A DNA stretch of 35,099 nt from Alkalispirochaeta sp. (GTDB taxonomy: Bacteria > Spirochaetota > Spirochaetia > DSM-27196 > Alkalispirochaetaceae), in assembly GCA_965242725.1 (NCBI GenBank), contig CBDESZ010000032.1:1-35099 (forward strand). The letters are read 5' to 3'. Both the position numbers and the translations under genes were made by a program. Under the pieces are notes generated by a model. The model did not search any database and was not told the origin of the DNA. It worked only from the letters and a program-made list of their open reading frames with translations. Positions 1 to 8,921 of this stretch are shown in pieces; the stretch's first letter is position 1; every line of letters starts with the position of its first letter.

Positions 1-186
1 ATACCATGAGAAGACCGCGTCATCCCAGGAAATCGTCCATCCGATATTCTGATTCACGAAGTACTTGTGGACTGAAATATGCTCCGCAATTTCCTCCCAT
101 TCGTGATCGTATCTCAAATCGAGATGCTCGCCGGCGAGCATCGACTTCAGGGTAGTCATGTCTCGTGTTGTTTCTACTCGTTTCAT
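1..186 (-). CDS. Partial CDS (N-terminus only; runs off the window), DUF4032-like protein
   Basis: Not in the ORF track. My translation from ATG at 186 is MKRVETTRDMTTLKSMLAGEHLDLRYDHEWEEIAEHISVHKYFVNQNIGWTISWDDAVFSWY, open to base 1. The HI..HKYF.NQ...ISW.DAV.SWY pattern resembles DUF4032-type domains (from memory). Confidence 0.65.
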   Translation of the reverse strand, partial: MKRVETTRDMTTLKSMLAGEHLDLRYDHEWEEIAEHISVHKYFVNQNIGWTISWDDAVFSWY

Positions 187-192
187 GGGCAC

Positions 193-221
193 AATATACT
201 ACAGTGGAAAAATCTTTTCAA
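193..221 (-). promoter_or_regulatory. Sigma70-type promoter, probably leaderless, for the CDS at 186
   Basis: Minus strand TTGAAA (221-216), 17 bp, TATATT (198-193), 6 nt, ATG; no SD. Confidence 0.55.
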
Positions 222-370
222 ATTTTTTCTTGACAAATACGTATTTTCACCCTTTCTGTTGATTCCAGCCCGATGTATCGAGGAAGCCGTTCAAGAAACG
301 TCGAAACGTAATATTTATTACGACGTAATTTGATAAAAATATATCCAAATATTGACGAAATGTAAATTTC

Positions 371-399
371 TTGACGGATAGATTGAACGGGCTTAGTCT
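371..399 (+). promoter_or_regulatory. Sigma70-type promoter for the amino acid symporter
   Basis: TTGACG (371-376), 17 bp, TAGTCT (394-399); SD GAGGAGG at 414-420 before GTG 427. Confidence 0.55.
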
Positions 400-426
400 G
401 TGAAAAAATCTTTGAGGAGGTGACGT

Positions 427-1791
427 GTGGAAGCAATCAATGCGGTAATAGGTGCGATCGGCGGTTTTGCCTGGGGGCCGGTGATGATCACCCTCCTGTT
501 TGCAACGGGGTTGATCCTCTCCGTCGGTACCAAGATCGTCCAGTACCGGAAGCTTGGATATGCGTTCAAGTTACTGTTCACGAAATCGGAAGGCGAAGGT
601 GATATAAGTCCCTTTGCGGCGCTCATGACGTCGCTGTCGGCGACTATCGGAACGGGAAATATCGCCGGTGTGGCGACGGCGATCGCCCTTGGTGGACCCG
701 GTGCCGTCTTCTGGATGTGGATCACCGCGATCCTTGGTGGAGCGACAAAGTTCAGTGAAGCCGTTCTTGCAGTCAAGTATCGGGTAACCGACGAAGCCGG
801 AGAAAAATCCGGTGGACCCATGTACTATGCAAGTACCGGTATGGAAGAGAAGTACGGCGGAAACTGGAAGTGGCTCGGTTGGCTCTTTGCGTTTTTCGCG
901 TTCCTCGCGTCCGTCGGTATCGGAAACATGGTGCAGTCCAACTCCGTTGCCGCCGCCGTCAACAATCAGCTTGGTGTTCCCCTGTGGGTTACCGGGCTGA
1001 TTCTGGCCGTCGCGGTTGCGCTGGTCATTATCGGCGGTATCAAGAGCATCGCCCGCGTAGCGGAAGCGATCGTTCCGATCATGGCGGTCATTTACGTCAT
1101 CGGATCTCTGATCATTATTTTCGTCAATTTCAGCGTTCTGGGAGAAGCCTTCGGATGGATCTTCGGCAATGCCTTCACCGGCAAGGCTGTAGGCGGCGGA
1201 CTTCTCGGATCGGTCATTCGCTTTGGTGTCGCCCGGGGTATCTTCTCCAACGAGGCGGGACTCGGTAGCGCACCTATCGCCCACGCCGCAAGCCAGACCA
1301 ACGATCCCGTACGACAGGGTATCATCGCCAGTCTCGGTTCCTTCATCGACACGATCGTTATCTGTACGATGACCGCCCTGGTCATTCTTACCAGCAGCGT
1401 CCTCACCATGCCCGAAGGTGTGATGGCAATCCGGGACGGTCTGAACGGCGCAGAACTGACGACCGCCGCGTACCGTGCGCAGCTTCCGGGCTTTGGCGGA
1501 TTTGTCGTCAGCTTCGGTCTCGTCTTTTTTGCCTTTTCGACGATGCTCACCTGGTATTTCTACGGCTTCAAGTCCCTTGAGTACATCACCAACCGCACGA
1601 TTGCCGAGCAGTTCAAGTGGGTGTGGGTTGCACTCTCTTTTGTCGGTGCGATCGCATCTCTCAGCTTCGTCTGGAACATCTCCGATGCGTTCAACGGCCT
1701 CATGGCGATTCCCAACCTCGTCGCCCTCATCGCTCTCAGTCCCGTGGTATTTGCGGCACTGAAAGAATATGAAGGCAAAATGAAAAGCTGA
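427..1791 (+). CDS. Alanine/glycine:cation symporter (AGCS family)
   Basis: Hallmark motifs IGTGNIAGVATAIALGGPGAVFWMW, GGPMYY, RGIFSNEAGLGSAPIAHA, FIDTIVICTMTAL; strong SD. Confidence 0.95.
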   Translation: MEAINAVIGAIGGFAWGPVMITLLFATGLILSVGTKIVQYRKLGYAFKLLFTKSEGEGDISPFAALMTSLSATIGTGNIAGVATAIALGGPGAVFWMWITAILGGATKFSEAVLAVKYRVTDEAGEKSGGPMYYASTGMEEKYGGNWKWLGWLFAFFAFLASVGIGNMVQSNSVAAAVNNQLGVPLWVTGLILAVAVALVIIGGIKSIARVAEAIVPIMAVIYVIGSLIIIFVNFSVLGEAFGWIFGNAFTGKAVGGGLLGSVIRFGVARGIFSNEAGLGSAPIAHAASQTNDPVRQGIIASLGSFIDTIVICTMTALVILTSSVLTMPEGVMAIRDGLNGAELTTAAYRAQLPGFGGFVVSFGLVFFAFSTMLTWYFYGFKSLEYITNRTIAEQFKWVWVALSFVGAIASLSFVWNISDAFNGLMAIPNLVALIALSPVVFAALKEYEGKMKS

Positions 1792-1813
1792 CGGGCTCAC
1801 GAAGTTTGCTGTT

Positions 1814-1844
1814 ACCCCGGTCCGGTTGGACCGGGGTTTTTTTT
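1814..1844 (+). terminator. Rho-independent terminator
   Basis: ACCCCGGTCC-ggtt-GGACCGGGGT followed by a T run, 22 nt after the symporter stop. Confidence 0.9.
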
Positions 1845-1883
1845 GCGGAAACGGCTCATCCACGGGACCGGGATTTCCCCCGT

Positions 1884-1912
1884 TTGAAAGGATTCGGCAG
1901 GAAACGTACAAT
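1884..1912 (+). promoter_or_regulatory. Sigma70-type promoter
   Basis: TTGAAA (1884-1889), 17 bp, TACAAT (1907-1912). Confidence 0.6.
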
Positions 1913-1974
1913 TAAGGGAGAGGCTTCACCATGCACATACCGAAGTTGCCTGCAAAGGCAGGAAGGAGAGTGTC

Positions 1975-2802
1975 ATGACCTTAATAACCGTTTCACGACA
2001 AAGCGGCAGTCGAAGCGAAGAGATCATTGAGCTCGTCGCGCGTACCCTGGGGCTGCAGCTCATCGATAAACACGCCCTCGAAGAGGACCTGATCCGGATG
2101 GGACTCCCGGAGCAAAGTCTGGAGCGGTTCGATGAGAAGAAACCGGGATTCTGGGAGCTCTTTTCTCTCGACCGCGACCGGTATTACCACTACCTGAAAG
2201 CTTCGATCCTGGACCATATCTGTGAAGGAGACCACATCGTTGTCGGCCGGGGAGCGCCGATCTTCCTCGCAGGCATTCCCGGTATTCTCCATGTACGCAT
2301 CACCGCGCCGATGGAGGTCCGGGTGCGTCGAATCATGGAACAGAATCAATGTGACGAGCACCACGCCCGCAAGCTCGCCCACCAAAGCGATCACAACCGT
2401 GCCGGGTATTACCACGTCTTTTTCAACGCCGACTGGACCGCGCCGGATCTGTATGACCTGGTAATCAATACGGAAACGCTGAGCCCCAGGACCGTGGTGG
2501 AAACAATTCGTGCCACCGTGGAGGCTCCTTCCTTCCGTTCCGTCGGAGGTGAGACAAAAAAGCGAATATCCGAAATGGCGACGGCACAGCGTATCCTCAC
2601 ACGTATTCTCTTTGAAGAGAACGTACCGGTACGATTTGCGACGGTTGACGTCTCCGACGGCGTTGCCACGATCGGCGGTGCGGTGAGTACGGACTCGGAT
2701 ATCAGGCGATGTGAAAAGATCGCGCGAGAGGCCGAAGGTATTCACGCCGTGTCCATTGAAATTGCCCACGTCCCGGAGACCTACGAAGGGCCGTACATGT
2801 AG
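1975..2802 (+). CDS. Cytidylate kinase-like family protein with C-terminal BON domain
   Basis: N-terminal ITVSRQSGS P-loop-like, VVGRGA, LHVRITAP, YDLVINT; C-terminal VDVSDGVATIGG...AREAEGIHAV is BON-like; SD GAAGGAG. Confidence 0.8.
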   Translation: MTLITVSRQSGSRSEEIIELVARTLGLQLIDKHALEEDLIRMGLPEQSLERFDEKKPGFWELFSLDRDRYYHYLKASILDHICEGDHIVVGRGAPIFLAGIPGILHVRITAPMEVRVRRIMEQNQCDEHHARKLAHQSDHNRAGYYHVFFNADWTAPDLYDLVINTETLSPRTVVETIRATVEAPSFRSVGGETKKRISEMATAQRILTRILFEENVPVRFATVDVSDGVATIGGAVSTDSDIRRCEKIAREAEGIHAVSIEIAHVPETYEGPYM

Positions 2803-2829
2803 GAGTCGTGTCGGCCGATAACAGTCGAT

Positions 2830-3207
2830 ATGAAGCGCATTTTTTTCTCAATCGCCGCCCTCCTGTTTACCGTCGGAGGCAGTTCTGTACTGTACTCTCT
2901 TGATCTCGAGCAATACCGAAATGAACGCCCCGTCATCGTCGTCTTTTATCGCGTCAACGACGAGCCTCGGGCGTTCTCGTTCAACCTCGCCCTTTCCACA
3001 TACTGGAACAGAATAGAAAATCGCAACATCGTCACCATTGACGTTGGTCCCGGAAAGTATGATCTTGACCGCGTCGCGGAACAACTGAATATCGGAACCG
3101 AGGACTTTGCCATCGTCACCGTCGGCGTCGGCGGCTCGATCATTCACCGTACGACCGATCCCGGGGCGCTCGCGGAAATTCTCATGACCATTGACCAGGA
3201 GCAGTGA
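2830..3207 (+). CDS. Secreted DUF4174-like small protein
   Basis: Signal peptide MKRIFFSIAALLFTVGG; L..Y..ERPVIVVF and FAIVTVGVGG...ID pattern typical of DUF4174. Confidence 0.55.
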   Translation: MKRIFFSIAALLFTVGGSSVLYSLDLEQYRNERPVIVVFYRVNDEPRAFSFNLALSTYWNRIENRNIVTIDVGPGKYDLDRVAEQLNIGTEDFAIVTVGVGGSIIHRTTDPGALAEILMTIDQEQ

Positions 3208-3208
3208 C

Positions 3209-3994
3209 GTGTTGACCATTCTTTCTCCGGCAAAAACGCTGGACTTTAATACTCCCCCTCCCCTCAATACCGCAACGACGCCTGCCTTTCTGAAAGATGC
3301 GGCGACGTTAATGGGCGCCCTCCGCTCCTACGACCCGCCGGGACTTGCGGAACTGCTTAACATCAGCGGCGACCTGCGTGATGAAAACGCACAACGGAAC
3401 CGGTCATGGTCACTGTCGGGGCATACTGCCTTTCGGGATGGGCGGAACGAAACGGCAAAGCAGGCGCTATTTGCCTTTCAGGGGGCGGTCTACAAGAATC
3501 TGGCCGCGGAAAAGCTCTCACGGAGCGACATAGACTACGCCCAGGACCACATTCGCATTCTCTCGGGTCTCTATGGGTATCTCAGACCGCTGGACGTCAT
3601 CCAACCGTACCGACTGGATATCGGCACGCCACTGTCACCGCCCCGGGGAGCGTCGCTCTATGAGTTCTGGAGCGAGACGATCACCCGGGAAATCGCAACG
3701 GAACTCGCCCGCCATGAACATCCTATACTGCTGAATCTCGCATCGCAGGAATACTTCAGGGCGATACGGTGGAAGAAGGTGGACTTCTCCGTGATCACTC
3801 CCGTATTCAAGGAGCGCAGCGGCGACAGACTGCGCATCGTCGGCGTATACGCAAAGCAGCAGCGGGGCAGAATGGCGCGATATATCGTCGAAAACCGCAT
3901 CGATACGCCTGAAGCGCTGCGTTCCTACGCCATCGACGGCTATACCCTTGATCCCGATCACTCTACCGACCGGGAATGGGTCTTTGTCCGATAG
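3209..3994 (+). CDS. yaaA: Peroxide stress protein YaaA (DUF328)
   Basis: ILSPAKTLD, ILSGLYGYLRPLD.IQPYRLD, LNLASQEY, AKQQRG.MARY; start reassigned to GTG 3209. Confidence 0.92.
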   Translation: MLTILSPAKTLDFNTPPPLNTATTPAFLKDAATLMGALRSYDPPGLAELLNISGDLRDENAQRNRSWSLSGHTAFRDGRNETAKQALFAFQGAVYKNLAAEKLSRSDIDYAQDHIRILSGLYGYLRPLDVIQPYRLDIGTPLSPPRGASLYEFWSETITREIATELARHEHPILLNLASQEYFRAIRWKKVDFSVITPVFKERSGDRLRIVGVYAKQQRGRMARYIVENRIDTPEALRSYAIDGYTLDPDHSTDREWVFVR

Positions 3995-4844
3995 CTTCAT
4001 TTCGGGCAAGGAGAATCGAAAAGACGATCAACCCTCCGCCGACGATTGTATTCCAGTACAGCGGTTCATCCAGCACAACCACACTGAGGAGCACCGCAAC
4101 GACGACCTCGAAATAGGCGAGATTCCCCGCATGGGCCGCCGATGATCGGTGAAGGCCGACGAAAAAGAGGGTAAATCCTACCAGTCCGACCACCAGGCCC
4201 AGGTAGAGCCCCATGGTGAACTGGAAGGGACTGATGGCGACGTCCGACATAATCACAACGGGAAGGAATATAACGGCTCCGACGACGTTCTGAAAAAAGG
4301 TGGATTCGAAACGACTTGTCCCCGGTTTCGCCCGTTTCAGCAACACCAGGGTCAGTCCGTGGAGCGCGGCGCTGAGAAGCATAGATGATATTCCGAGGAT
4401 GTCGTTGAAATCGCCGCCCGCCGACTGCGTCAGGGCCCTGAGATAGAGAAGGGGTATACCGAGAAACGCGGTGGACAGGAGGATTCCCCGTCGGCGGGGG
4501 ATTTTTTCGCCCATTATCAGACGGGCAAAGAGAGCCGCAAAAATAGGCCAGGTGTAGAGACTCACCACGGCGTTCGCCACCGTCGTCAGACGATAGGCCG
4601 AAAAAAAGAAGAACATACGAACGGCATTGATCGTTGATGCACCAAGCTTCAATGCGATTCCATCCCGCGTTATCGGGTAACGACGGATGAGAAACCATCC
4701 GCCGATGACGAGAGCAGGTATCGCCATGCGAAAAAATGAAATGACGCCGGAAGGCAGATCTGCAAACCGGATGGCGACGCCGCCGGTTCCCCATATTCCG
4801 GCCGCAATGATCACCAGGAGAGCGGGAGAATTCATGTAACCCAT
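3963..4844 (-). CDS. DMT/EamA family transporter
   Basis: About 10 hydrophobic segments with two EamA repeats (IWGTGG...FFRM; YTWPIF...GEK; YFEVVVA...DEP); start taken at ATG 4844. Confidence 0.88.
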   Translation of the reverse strand: MGYMNSPALLVIIAAGIWGTGGVAIRFADLPSGVISFFRMAIPALVIGGWFLIRRYPITRDGIALKLGASTINAVRMFFFFSAYRLTTVANAVVSLYTWPIFAALFARLIMGEKIPRRRGILLSTAFLGIPLLYLRALTQSAGGDFNDILGISSMLLSAALHGLTLVLLKRAKPGTSRFESTFFQNVVGAVIFLPVVIMSDVAISPFQFTMGLYLGLVVGLVGFTLFFVGLHRSSAAHAGNLAYFEVVVAVLLSVVVLDEPLYWNTIVGGGLIVFSILLARNEAIGQRPIPGR

Positions 4845-4915
4845 GGCGCACCATACCACAGGAAAAGAATCGATTCCATTGTCGGTTTTCCTGATTAATT
4901 GACTATATTATTCCT

Positions 4916-5581
4916 ATGAGAAGGTATGAACCGTTGAAGTCCATGCGGACCGTTCTGTTCGCGGCGGTCCTGTTTTCAATTCTGACGGCGACGCCGGCGT
5001 ACCTGTCGGCGCAACAGCCGGCATTCGATTTCTCGTCCCTCCAGGAACATCAAGGCGTCGCGATCTTCGCGGGAGGATGTTTCTGGTGCATGGAACCTCC
5101 CTACGACAAACTTGACGGAGTCACCGCGACCATTTCCGGCTATACCGGCGGAACCGTACCGAATCCAACGTACCAGCAGGTTGTCCGCAATGATACCGGA
5201 CACCATGAGGCGGTTCTCGTCATCTATGACACGAGAGTCATAGACTACGGTGAGCTGCTGGACGTTTTCTGGGTGAATGTGGATCCTCTGGACGACGGCG
5301 GTCAGTTTTGCGACAGAGGTTCAAGCTATCGCGCCGCCGTTTTTTATCGAAACAATGAACAGCGGGTCGCCGCAGAAACGAGCCGAAGAGGTCTGAACCG
5401 TTCCGGACGTCTTCGCTTTCCCGTTGTGACTGAAGTACTGCCGGCAGGTGAGTTTTATATCGCAGAGGAATATCATCAGGACTACTATCTGAAAAACCCC
5501 CTCCGTTACCGCACATATCGCACGGGATGCGGCAGGGATGCACGTTTGCGTTATCTCTGGGGAGATGACGCCCCCTATTGA
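4916..5581 (+). CDS. msrA: Peptide-methionine (S)-S-oxide reductase MsrA, exported
   Basis: FAGGCFWCME active site, GQFCDRG, FYIAEEYHQDYY; N-terminal signal peptide. Confidence 0.95.
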   Translation: MRRYEPLKSMRTVLFAAVLFSILTATPAYLSAQQPAFDFSSLQEHQGVAIFAGGCFWCMEPPYDKLDGVTATISGYTGGTVPNPTYQQVVRNDTGHHEAVLVIYDTRVIDYGELLDVFWVNVDPLDDGGQFCDRGSSYRAAVFYRNNEQRVAAETSRRGLNRSGRLRFPVVTEVLPAGEFYIAEEYHQDYYLKNPLRYRTYRTGCGRDARLRYLWGDDAPY

Positions 5582-5594
5582 TTGCCCGTAGATA

Positions 5595-5623
5595 TTGAGG
5601 TCCATGACGGTGAGGGATACACT
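5595..5623 (+). promoter_or_regulatory. Sigma70-type promoter, probably leaderless
   Basis: TTGAGG (5595-5600), 17 bp, TACACT (5618-5623), 6 nt, ATG 5630. Confidence 0.55.
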
Positions 5624-5629
5624 CGCCGG

Positions 5630-6580
5630 ATGAAGCCACATCCGCTGCTCGTACAACTCGCGATGGCCCTGACCATGCTCTTCTGGGGAATATCATTTGT
5701 CGCGTCGAAAATCGTCCTTGACGCGATCGGTCCCCTCCCGTACATGGGAATACGCTTTCTTCTTGCCGCCGCCGTGCTGGGAGGAATCATGCTCTTCCTC
5801 CGGCGCCCCCTTTTTTCGCCCCGGGTCCATGGACTGATCGCCCTGACCGCCCTTGCGGAGCCGGTGGCATATTTTCTCTTTGAGAGCTACGGATTGAGCA
5901 TGGTCGGCGCGACGACGACGTCACTGGTGATCGCCCTGGTACCCCTGGCGGTAATGGTGCTGGCGGCGCTCTTTCTTCATGAGCCGATGCACCTGCGCGG
6001 CGTCATCGCCGTCTTTGTCTCCGTCGCGGGTATCGCCCTCCTCGTATATGGACGGGACCTTTTTACCCTCGCTGGGACGCCGACGGCGGCATATGTCGAC
6101 CCCCGTCGCCGAACCCTGGGTGTACTCCTCGTCCTCGGCGCCGTCTTTGCCGCCGCCGGGTACATTACCCTCGCCCGGTCACTCACGCAGAAGCATAATC
6201 CCGTCATTCTCACCATCTTCCAGACGTGGTGGGGAGCACTTTTCTTTGTCCTCTTCTGGCAGGCGACGACCCCCGGAATGACAACCGTCCGCGGATTGTC
6301 TCCCGCGGTGTGGGGGGCAATAGCATTTCTCGTACTCGGTGCAACGGTCGCCGCTTTTCTCCTGTACAATTGGGCGCTCAGGTATGAATCGGCGGGCAGG
6401 GCGGCGCTATACATTAACGCGATTCCCGTCATTACCGCCGTTACGGCGTGGTTTGTCCTTGGAGAGACCCTTGGTCCCATTCAGGTTGCGGGAGCCTTTC
6501 TCGTCCTCGCGGCGGTGCGCCTCAGCAGCGGAAAGAGCCGCGCCGTCACCGCCGAAGCACTACCGCCTGAAATTTCCTGA
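5630..6580 (+). CDS. DMT/EamA family transporter
   Basis: FWGISFVASK, RFLLAA, AFLLYNWAL, INAIPV...GE motifs; start reassigned to ATG 5630. Confidence 0.88.
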   Translation: MKPHPLLVQLAMALTMLFWGISFVASKIVLDAIGPLPYMGIRFLLAAAVLGGIMLFLRRPLFSPRVHGLIALTALAEPVAYFLFESYGLSMVGATTTSLVIALVPLAVMVLAALFLHEPMHLRGVIAVFVSVAGIALLVYGRDLFTLAGTPTAAYVDPRRRTLGVLLVLGAVFAAAGYITLARSLTQKHNPVILTIFQTWWGALFFVLFWQATTPGMTTVRGLSPAVWGAIAFLVLGATVAAFLLYNWALRYESAGRAALYINAIPVITAVTAWFVLGETLGPIQVAGAFLVLAAVRLSSGKSRAVTAEALPPEIS

Positions 6581-6617
6581 CCGAACGAAACGCCGCGGCC
6601 CGCCGCACTCACGACGG

Positions 6618-7466
6618 TCAGAGATGAGCGGCGAGAAATCCCCTCAGGTCCCGCCAGACGAGGGCGGGCGTTCCCCCGGCGCGGATCGCAGGGACCGACA
6701 GAAAGTCCCGACCGATTCCATCGTACCACCGCACCGTCACGACGCCGTGATACTCACGCAGGAGATCCGCAAATCGGCGGATCTCATCGGGTGAAACGGC
6801 GGTATCATTACGACCGTATGCGCCGAAAAACGGAACCCTCCGTCGCAGAGAGCCGAGATCGTCAGCTTCCGTTCCGGCCGGGGCTCCGGAGATAGACGCG
6901 ATCAGCGCGGGCGCATCACTTCGCGTCCCGGCGAGAATAGCCTGTGTCCCCCCATAGGATATCCCGAGCACGGCGATACGCCGGGGATCGACGTCACGTC
7001 GCGCCCCGAGCTGCCGAAAGGCGAGATCAAGATCTTCGGCGACCTTTCCGGCCGAATTCAACCATCGAAGAACGAAAACTCCGGGAAGGGAAATGGCGCG
7101 ATTTCCTCTGAACAGATCGGGGGCGAGAACGACATATCCATCGGCGGCGAGAAGCTCCGCCAGTCGCGCCGTCTCTACCGAGAGACCCTCTCCGGTATGG
7201 ATGAAGAGCACCGCCGGCCGGCGCCCGTCGGGGGAGGCCTCAGGACGGGGAGAGGTCTCGTTCACCGGGACAATCCGGCGCGCCTGCGCAGGGGTGACCA
7301 GGTACCCACCGCGGATTCCCCCGGTTGTTCCAGGCCACGTCTCGTTCCAGACGGTCTGTGCTCCGACGCCACCCGTTGCATCCATATATCCCCACAGCGC
7401 GACCAGCACGGCGGCGACGAGGGGGAGCAACATGACGATGCGGGTCCAGGAGCGGAAGGAGGCCAT
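6618..7466 (-). CDS. Membrane-anchored dienelactone hydrolase family protein with degenerate active site
   Basis: PAVLFIH, LAADGYVVLAPDLF, GISYGG elbow, YGRND; expected catalytic His position reads YDGIGRDF; N-terminal TM helix. Confidence 0.8.
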   Translation of the reverse strand: MASFRSWTRIVMLLPLVAAVLVALWGYMDATGGVGAQTVWNETWPGTTGGIRGGYLVTPAQARRIVPVNETSPRPEASPDGRRPAVLFIHTGEGLSVETARLAELLAADGYVVLAPDLFRGNRAISLPGVFVLRWLNSAGKVAEDLDLAFRQLGARRDVDPRRIAVLGISYGGTQAILAGTRSDAPALIASISGAPAGTEADDLGSLRRRVPFFGAYGRNDTAVSPDEIRRFADLLREYHGVVTVRWYDGIGRDFLSVPAIRAGGTPALVWRDLRGFLAAHL

Positions 7467-7736
7467 AGAAAAACGTAGCCCCCTTCGGGCGGTACGTCAA
7501 GAAGGTCACGGCGCGGCCGTCGATATGCCGAGTATGTGTGTGAATCCTGACGGATCGTACCGGCGCATGGCTGTAAAACCGACGAAAGCAGGATATCCAA
7601 CGGTACATCTTCTGTCACGAAACTTCGAACGGGATGAACAAACGTTCATTTATTGTACCCTCATTAAACGTCTGTGATGAATGTTTATTTTTTACTCAGA
7701 TAGTCGTAATTTAATTTTACAGTAATTCCAATTAAA

Positions 7737-7754
7737 ACGTGATTTTTTTCACAA
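7737..7754. promoter_or_regulatory. Rex/CRP-type operator
   Basis: CGTGA-TTTTTT-TCACAA matches the TGTGA-N6-TCACA geometry, 7 bp upstream of the -35 box. Confidence 0.45.
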
Positions 7755-7761
7755 AACAAGA

Positions 7762-7790
7762 TTGACAACCCACTTATGTTGTTGTACGGT
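7762..7790 (+). promoter_or_regulatory. Sigma70-type promoter of the sulfur-relay operon
   Basis: Perfect TTGACA (7762-7767), 17 bp, TACGGT (7785-7790), AT-rich upstream region. Confidence 0.65.
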
Positions 7791-7857
7791 GAACTAAACA
7801 TACATACGTTACCGTTGATACGGCGGTACGCAACACATGACACACAAGGAGTAAGAA

Positions 7858-8574
7858 GTGAGTGACGTCGCCTCCACTTCCGCTACCGGTACGTCAACTT
7901 CTTCGGGTATCCGACGAAGTGCGTCCCGCCCCCGGAAAAAGAAAAAAAGCCAGATCCCGCTGGGAATTCTGGTCCTGTTGATCATCGTTGCCGTCGGGCT
8001 CGTCTTCATGGCTCAGTCGGCGACGCTCGGTTTTTACTGGTTCACCGGTATGGTTTTTGGCTTTATCCTCCAGCGGGCGCGTTTTTGTTTTACCGCTTCA
8101 ATGAGAGACCCCTACCTCACCGGCAGTGTCGCCCTTCCCAAGGCTGTGCTCCTCGCCCTTGCCGTAACAAGTCTCGGATTCTGGGCGATCAAGTACGGCG
8201 CTTTTCAGTCGGGTCTGCCCATACCCGGACAGGGTTTTATCGCTCCCATCGGTCTGACAACCGCTCTCGGCGGCATCCTCTTTGGAACGGGAATGGTCAT
8301 TTCCGGCGGCTGTGCATCGGGCACCCTGATGCGGGTTGGTGAAGGCTTTGCAATGCAAATCCTTTCCCTTGCGTTCTTTGTCGTAGGGTCCCTTCTTGCG
8401 GCGGCGACATTTGGTTTCTGGACGGAACACTTCATCGTCCGTTCGCCCCGTATCTTCCTGCCCGACCTCTTCGGATGGTTTGGCGCAATCGTCATTCAAC
8501 TCGTCATTATCGCGCTGCTGTGGATTGCGGCAGACAAATACGGAAAAGCAAAACAAAGTGCGGGTTCGCACTAA
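7858..8574 (+). CDS. YeeE/YedE sulfur-compound transporter, N-terminal half
   Basis: GFILQRARFCF and GMVISGGCASGTLMRVGEG motifs; SD AAGGAG before GTG. Confidence 0.9.
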   Translation: MSDVASTSATGTSTSSGIRRSASRPRKKKKSQIPLGILVLLIIVAVGLVFMAQSATLGFYWFTGMVFGFILQRARFCFTASMRDPYLTGSVALPKAVLLALAVTSLGFWAIKYGAFQSGLPIPGQGFIAPIGLTTALGGILFGTGMVISGGCASGTLMRVGEGFAMQILSLAFFVVGSLLAAATFGFWTEHFIVRSPRIFLPDLFGWFGAIVIQLVIIALLWIAADKYGKAKQSAGSH

Positions 8575-8592
8575 AAAAGCTGGAGGAAAGAT

Positions 8593-8820
8593 ATGAAAGA
8601 AGAAACTCTCGATTGTTTGGGCGAAGCATGTCCGGTTCCGTTGGTAAAAGCGCAAAAAGCACTCGAAAAACTTGAGATCGGCGACGTACTCATCGTTTCC
8701 ATCGACCACTCCTGTGCCATGAAAAACGTTCCCGACTGGGCCCGCGAGGCGGGTCACAACGTGGAAGTTGAAGAGGTTGACGACGGCGAGTGGGAAGTCA
8801 TCATCGAGAAAGCAAAATAG
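8593..8820 (+). CDS. TusA/YeeD/SirA-family sulfur carrier
   Basis: LDCLGEACPVP (CPxP motif), 75 aa; SD GGAGG. Confidence 0.92.
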   Translation: MKEETLDCLGEACPVPLVKAQKALEKLEIGDVLIVSIDHSCAMKNVPDWAREAGHNVEVEEVDDGEWEVIIEKAK

Positions 8821-8921
8821 GTGAATGACGTGCTTCGGAAAGGTTTGGCGGATCGGTGGAAGGTCGTGCATCTCCCCGGTCCGCCGCCTCCCGAGTGCAG
8901 TTCTTACAGGAGAATTCCTCT

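Noticed and set aside
187..426. Glycine riboswitch or T-box upstream of the AGCS symporter
   Set aside because: The region is AT-rich with no aptamer motifs, and the predicted promoter leaves only a ~20-nt leader.
571..1911. Long antisense/overlapping ORFs (e.g. 571-1911, 11757-12650, 12858-14051, 21970-23328, 25171-26118)
   Set aside because: They are shadows of well-supported genes in GC-rich DNA with no recognisable motifs.
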